A DNA stretch of 64,000 nt from an uncultured Pelagibacteraceae bacterium (GTDB taxonomy: Bacteria; Pseudomonadota; Alphaproteobacteria; Pelagibacterales; Pelagibacteraceae): positions 1,774-65,773 of the forward strand of contig CACHXE010000001.1 of NCBI GenBank assembly GCA_902583785.1, read 5' to 3'. A program made the position numbers and the translations under genes. Shown here piece by piece: positions 59,103 to 64,000 of this stretch. The notes below the pieces were generated by a model, which made no database searches, was not told the DNA's origin, and saw only the letters and a list, made by a program, of their open reading frames with translations. The number at the start of each line of letters is the position of its first letter. Position 1 is the stretch's first letter.

Positions 59103-60204
59103 TTATTTTTTAAAGAAATTATATTTTTTTTTATCTACATCAAATCTTATATAGTGCACTAATTCTCTTGCGTATGAAAAAGTTATTCCAACAAGAATTA
59201 CAATTATAATTGAGAATAAGCCGTAAGAAATTGGATGATTTTGTGAAAAATTTAGTATTAATTCCGAAAGTTGATTATCTATTTTTCCATTTCCACTTGT
59301 AACAAATAAACTTTTTCCTTTTTCTAAAACAAATCTTTCCACACCCATAATTACTCCAACTCCCAAAAGAAGAATAGCCAAAAGCGTTCTATACTCCGAT
59401 GCATTAAGTTTTTCAGCAGTTTTTAAACCAAGATGAACTCCAATAATTGATCCAGTCAATAAAATACTTACTAATATAAAATCTATTGTTTGAAATTGTA
59501 GCGCATGACCTATTACAACAAACGCAGTAATAAAGATTGTTACAAATAAAGATGTGCCTGGAACTAATTTGGTAGGCATACCAATTACATAAATCATTGC
59601 TGGGACCATTAAAAAAGCCCCCCCCAACTCCCATAATAGATGCAAATATACCTACAATAAAACCCAACATTATAGGTACTATTGCACTTTCATAAAGCTT
59701 TGATTTATGAAATCTCATTCTGAATGGCAAACCGTGAATCCAATAGTGATCGTGAGCCTTTCTCTTTACCACAATTTTTTTTTTCAGATCGCTTAGTTCT
59801 CTCCAGCTCTTAGCAAACATTAATGTTCCAATCATAACCAACATATATATGTAGGCTAAAGAAATAATTACATTAACTATCCCTTTTTCTTTTAGGTAAC
59901 TAAAAATTATCATACCTACAAAAGTTCCTAAAATACCTCCAAGGACAATAATTGAACCCATTTTATAATCTAAAGTTTTTCTAAACCAATGAGTTAATGC
60001 TCCAGAAACTGACGTACCCAAAATATTATTAGCTTCATTCGCAACAGCGAATGCAGGTGGTATACCCAAGAATATCAAGACTGGAGTCATTAAAAACCCG
60101 CCACCTATACCAAACAAGCCCGATATAAAACCGACAATAAAACTCAAAATTAATATAATACTAATACTAATTTGGACTTGTGCGACAGGAAGGAAAAATT
60201 CCAT
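59103..60204 (-). pseudogene. TauE/SafE-family anion (sulfite) exporter, reading frame broken at a G8-C-T6 tract
   Basis: Two overlapping ORFs in different frames. The first carries GIGGGFLMTPVLIF and reaches IMGVGGGFF before becoming nonsense. The second frame reads GGAFLMVPAMIYVIGMPTKLVPG onward. Removing one G (C-run 59618-59625 on +) or one T (A-run 59611-59616 on +) gives a continuous protein of about 366 aa with the expected second GVGGGFLMVP repeat. Confidence 0.7.
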
Positions 60205-60297
60205 TCAGTTTACTATTATTTGGCTTTGAGCTTGTCAATAGAGATATATTCTCTTGATTATAAGTGTTTCAGGAATTATACAACTATTGGATATTTT

Positions 60298-60579
60298 ATG
60301 AGTAAAAAATGTGAACTTACCGGCAAAAAACCAATAAAGGGTCATAATGTTAGCCACGCTAACAACAAAACCAAAAGAAGATTTTTGCCTAGTATAAAAA
60401 AAGTAAAGTTCAAAAGCGACATATTAAAAAAGAATGTGAAACTAAGTGTTTCCAATTCAGCCCTAAGAACAGTAGATTTTAAGGGAGGAATCGACAAATT
60501 TCTTAAATCAGCAAGATCTTATAAACTTTCAAAAAAAGCAAAAAAACTTAAAACAGAAATAATTTCAAAGGGTATATAA
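60298..60579 (+). CDS. rpmB: 50S ribosomal protein L28
   Basis: MSKKCELTGKKPIKGHNVSHANNKTKRRFLPS is the L28 N-terminus. The track's 42 upstream residues were rejected because they overlap the divergent TauE start. Confidence 0.9.
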   Translation: MSKKCELTGKKPIKGHNVSHANNKTKRRFLPSIKKVKFKSDILKKNVKLSVSNSALRTVDFKGGIDKFLKSARSYKLSKKAKKLKTEIISKGI

Positions 60580-61173
60580 ATGATTAGGTCAGAATTCAGA
60601 CCGTTTATAATCCTAACCATTTTTATGGCAATATTTGTTGTTGCCTCGAATTATCTTGTACAATTTCCTTTTAATTTTTTTGGTCTTGAAAATTTTTTAA
60701 CATACGGAGCATTTAGTTACCCGGTAACTTTTTTAATAACCGACCTTTCTAATAGAAAATATGGAAAAGTTATAACTAGAAAAATAGTTTATATTGGTTT
60801 TGTTCTAGGAATCTCACTCACACTACTTTTTTCTACAAATTTTACTGATATTATCTCTTTGAGAATAGCGGTTGGTTCAGGATTGGCTTTTTTAACTGCA
60901 CAATTATTAGATGTTCAAATATTTCATAGGCTTAGAAAGAAAATTTGGTTTGCAGCTCCTTTTGTATCTTCAACAATTGGATCTATAGTTGATACATTTT
61001 TATTTTTTTCTATTTCTTTTTATGGAACCAATTTAAATTGGTTAACCTTAGCTTTTGGTGATCTTGCTGTTAAAATATTTATGGCATTGATAATGTTAAT
61101 TCCATTTAGAATGTTGATGACAATAATTGAGGACAGTTCAAGGAAATATCAAGCGAAAGCTGCTTCTTTATAA
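60580..61173 (+). CDS. yhhQ: queuosine-precursor transporter (YhhQ/VUT, DUF165 family)
   Basis: 197 aa, 5-6 TM, with the family-typical blocks FGDLAVKIFMALIMLIPFR and AQLLDVQIFHRLR. It starts immediately after the rpmB stop. Confidence 0.7.
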   Translation: MIRSEFRPFIILTIFMAIFVVASNYLVQFPFNFFGLENFLTYGAFSYPVTFLITDLSNRKYGKVITRKIVYIGFVLGISLTLLFSTNFTDIISLRIAVGSGLAFLTAQLLDVQIFHRLRKKIWFAAPFVSSTIGSIVDTFLFFSISFYGTNLNWLTLAFGDLAVKIFMALIMLIPFRMLMTIIEDSSRKYQAKAASL

Positions 61174-61178
61174 TATTA

Positions 61179-62951
61179 TTAATGAAAAGTTTTCCCCGAA
61201 AAGAGATCGGTCAATTGATTAATCATTGCATCACCAAGATCTTGTACATCAGTAATTTTTACTGCCTTATTGTAATATCTTGACACATCATGACCTATTC
61301 CAATCGCTAAAAGTTCAATAGATGAGAGTTGTTCTATTGATTTGACAGTATTTTTTAAATCATCCTCTAAATAATTACTCAAATTTGTTGAAAGTGTTGA
61401 ATCATCGACAGGAGCACCATCAGATATAACCATGAGTATTTTTCTTTCTTCTTTCCTTTTTTTCATTTTATTAAAAGCCCACCTCAATGCCTCTCCATCA
61501 ATATTTTCTTTAAGAAGTCCTTCTTTAAGCATTAACCCCATATTTTTTTTTGCTTGTCGCCAAGGAATATCTGCAGATTTATAAATTATATGTCTTAAAT
61601 CATTTAATCTGCCCGGAAATTTTGGTTTACTAGTATTTGCCCATTTCTCTCTGCTCGATCCACCTTTCCAGTGTTTCGTTGTAAAACCTAAAACTTCAAC
61701 TTTTACTGAACAACGTTCTAAAGTTTTTGACAGAATATCAGCACATATAGCAGCTACAGATATAGGCTTGCCTCGCATTGATCCTGAGTTATCAATTAAA
61801 ATTGATACCAAAGTATCTTTAAAATCTGTTTCTTTTTCTCTTTTAAAAGAAAGAGAGTTAAGAGGATCTATTATAATTCTAGTTAATTTTGAAGTATCCA
61901 AAATACCCTCTTCTAAATCAAAATCCCATGATCTATTTTGTTTAGCCAATAGTTTTCTTTGTAATTTATTTGCTAGCTTTGATATAAAAGTTTTTAACTG
62001 TATTAGTTGTTGATCTAAAGAAGCTCGTAACCTGACAAGCTCTTCCTCTGTTTCAAGATCTTCAGCTTTGACTATCTCATCAAATTCATGAGTAAAAACT
62101 TTATATTTTGTTTTACTTTCAGAGAACAAAGTTTTTATCCGCTTATTTAAACTTCCGTCTAAAATATCAGTATCCTCACTCATTTCCTCCTGGATATTTT
62201 TGTCTGATATTTCATCTACAGTAGAAAGGTCAACATCTAAAAGTTCTTTATCTTCTTTTTGATCCTGTAGTTTACTATTATTTTCTGATTCTTGCTGACT
62301 ATTTAGAGAATCCTTCTTCTTTTCCTGCTCAGGAGTGTCCTCAAAAATTTCCTTTTCCTCTATATTCATTTTTGAAATTATATTTGAAATTACTTGGTTA
62401 AATTTTTCTTGATTTTTAATGTTATTTTTTAATATTTCTAAATTTTTTTTGAAGTTTTGATCCAAATTCTTTTTAAATCTCTTTATTTTATTATCTGAAC
62501 TTATTATCTCTTTTGAATCGAATAGATAAGTTCTAAGGTAATTATCAAATGCGTGTTCTACAAGATAAGGCTGATTTTTTTCACTAAACTTATAATTTTG
62601 TGAAAGGTTCATTTTTATGCCACTGAATTTATCAGAGCCAATTTTCTCATATCTAATTTTTTCTGCTATTTCGTAGAGCTTCGTTGCTGTTTCACCTCTG
62701 GGTTTATAATTTTGAAAAATTTTTTGATTGCTATACTTTAACCTCAATGCTTCCGAATCAGCTTTAGCACGAAATAGTAAATAATCTTGTAGTTTTTCTA
62801 ATTTTTTGATTTCGGGTAAATTAGCACTTTTACCGTCTTTTTTAGTCTGTTTTCCAAAGTTTATATTACAGTCACTTACTTCCGCTATGGATTTTATTGT
62901 AGAAGAAAGGGCTAATTTAAAATTTTCTAAGTGAATATCTTTTTTTTCCAT
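61179..62951 (-). CDS. cobT: CobT-like protein (acidic middle region plus C-terminal von Willebrand A domain)
   Basis: 590 aa with an acidic low-complexity centre ([22 protein letters not shown]...) and a VWA/MIDAS block [11 protein letters not shown] near the C-terminal third. It is paired with cobS. Confidence 0.8.
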   Translation of the reverse strand: MEKKDIHLENFKLALSSTIKSIAEVSDCNINFGKQTKKDGKSANLPEIKKLEKLQDYLLFRAKADSEALRLKYSNQKIFQNYKPRGETATKLYEIAEKIRYEKIGSDKFSGIKMNLSQNYKFSEKNQPYLVEHAFDNYLRTYLFDSKEIISSDNKIKRFKKNLDQNFKKNLEILKNNIKNQEKFNQVISNIISKMNIEEKEIFEDTPEQEKKKDSLNSQQESENNSKLQDQKEDKELLDVDLSTVDEISDKNIQEEMSEDTDILDGSLNKRIKTLFSESKTKYKVFTHEFDEIVKAEDLETEEELVRLRASLDQQLIQLKTFISKLANKLQRKLLAKQNRSWDFDLEEGILDTSKLTRIIIDPLNSLSFKREKETDFKDTLVSILIDNSGSMRGKPISVAAICADILSKTLERCSVKVEVLGFTTKHWKGGSSREKWANTSKPKFPGRLNDLRHIIYKSADIPWRQAKKNMGLMLKEGLLKENIDGEALRWAFNKMKKRKEERKILMVISDGAPVDDSTLSTNLSNYLEDDLKNTVKSIEQLSSIELLAIGIGHDVSRYYNKAVKITDVQDLGDAMINQLTDLFSGKTFH

Positions 62952-62952
62952 T

Positions 62953-63933
62953 CTAGGAAATTTTTACGTTAACTGACGACTCTGGCAAATCCTCCCCAAA
63001 ACATCTTTGGTAGTATTCTGAGACAATTTTTCTCTCTAGCTCGTCACATTTATTTAAAAATGTTACTCTAAAGGCATAGCCTATATCTTTAAAGATTTCA
63101 GAGTTTTCGGCCCAGTGAATCACAGTTCTTGGGCTCATTACAGTTGAAATATCCCCGTTAACAAATCCATTCCTAGTTAACTCTGCAACTTTAATCATAT
63201 TAGAAACTTTTTCTTTGCCCTCTTTATTATTAAGAGATTTATTTTTTGATAAAATTATTTCAAGTTCTTTTTCAAATTTTAAATAATTGAGTGTTGTTAC
63301 TATATTCCATCTATCCATTTGACCTTGGTTAATTTGTTGGGTGCCATGATAAAGTCCTGTTGTATCTCCAAGACCAACTGTATTTGTTGTTGCAAACATT
63401 CTAAAAAATTGATTTTGACTAATTACTTTATTTTTATCTAACAAAGTAAATTTACCATCATTTTCTAATATTCTTTGTATTACAAACATAACGTCGGGTC
63501 TTCCAGCATCATACTCATCAAAAACTAATGCTATAGGATTTTGAATAGACCAAGGTAAAATTCCTTCTTTAAACTCCGTTATCTGTTTTCCATCTTTTAT
63601 TACGATCGAGTCTTTACCAATTAAATCTATTCTGCTTATATGGCTATCTAGATTAACTCTTATACATGGCCAGTTTAGTCTTGCAGCCACTTGCTCTATG
63701 TGTGTTGATTTTCCTGTTCCGTGATATCCCTGTATCAAAACTCTTTTGTTAAAAGCAAAACCAGATAAAATTGCAAGCGTTGTGTCCCTATCAAATTTAT
63801 AATCATTATCAATCTCTGGAACATATTTATTTTTTTTTGAGAATGCCTCAATTTCCATATCAGTATTTAGATTGAATGTTTGTCTAACCGAAATTTTAAT
63901 GTCAGGTTTTTGATTTTCTAAGTTTATATTCAT
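62953..63933 (-). CDS. cobS: CobS-like MoxR-type AAA+ ATPase
   Basis: 326 aa with Walker [10 protein letters not shown], Walker B LVFDEYD and the conserved tail [13 protein letters not shown] typical of alphaproteobacterial CobS. Confidence 0.85.
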   Translation of the reverse strand: MNINLENQKPDIKISVRQTFNLNTDMEIEAFSKKNKYVPEIDNDYKFDRDTTLAILSGFAFNKRVLIQGYHGTGKSTHIEQVAARLNWPCIRVNLDSHISRIDLIGKDSIVIKDGKQITEFKEGILPWSIQNPIALVFDEYDAGRPDVMFVIQRILENDGKFTLLDKNKVISQNQFFRMFATTNTVGLGDTTGLYHGTQQINQGQMDRWNIVTTLNYLKFEKELEIILSKNKSLNNKEGKEKVSNMIKVAELTRNGFVNGDISTVMSPRTVIHWAENSEIFKDIGYAFRVTFLNKCDELERKIVSEYYQRCFGEDLPESSVNVKIS

Positions 63934-64000
63934 TTTTGTTTATTAAAAGTAAGTTTAAGTTGACTATAAGCCAAAGTAACTTTTTTTAAAATATCCTCAT

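Noticed and set aside
60172-60297. 42-residue extension upstream of rpmB in the track ORF.
   Set aside because: L28 proteins start at MSKKCELTGKKP. The extension overlaps the divergent TauE start and has no conserved features.
1-64000. Scan for CRISPR repeats, tandem repeats, IS elements or transposases, integrases, phage genes, rRNA, and known multi-gene defence systems.
   Set aside because: I saw no regularly spaced direct repeats, no transposase or integrase-like translation in any listed ORF, and no rRNA-like segments. The only repeat of note is the paralogous lipoyl-domain coding segment shared by aceE and aceF.

Overview
This is an AT-rich (about 30% GC by eye), very gene-dense chromosome segment. 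Gene content and order are alphaproteobacterial: hisC-tyrA, argH-lipoprotein-lysA, helicase-fdxA-carD, gltD-gltB, thrS-infC-rpmI-rplT-pheST, a class I LysRS and cobS/cobT. The compaction includes ATGA and TAATG start/stop overlaps and convergent genes with 0 nt between stops. It resembles a streamlined marine Pelagibacterales (SAR11)-type genome, but that assignment is inference only. I call about 58 protein genes, 3 tRNAs (Leu-CAA, Arg-ACG, Ser-GGA), a few intrinsic terminators and some candidate regulatory sites. I saw no rRNA, CRISPR array, IS element, transposase, integrase, prophage or recognisable defence island. Most of the window is housekeeping: amino-acid biosynthesis, the pyruvate dehydrogenase complex, GOGAT, translation, a TAXI-TRAP transporter and cell-envelope sugar genes. 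I found no convincing multi-gene novel system. The items most worth follow-up are: (1) an orphan transcription unit in the largest intergenic gap, encoding a 22-aa peptide that is 18/22 Lys/Arg; (2) an AceE-type E1 carrying an N-terminal lipoyl domain duplicated from the adjacent E2; (3) a tRNA-Ser-adjacent PhyH-dioxygenase/methyltransferase pair next to a strongly signalled 19-aa hydrophobic micro-ORF; (4) a PAPS-type sulfotransferase in an envelope-sugar cluster; (5) a TauE/SafE permease split by a frameshift in a G8-C-T6 tract; (6) cobS/cobT with no other cobalamin genes in view; (7) a riboswitch-like leader with attenuator in front of metX. All functional calls rest on motif recognition in the supplied translations and my own hand translations. 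No searches were run.
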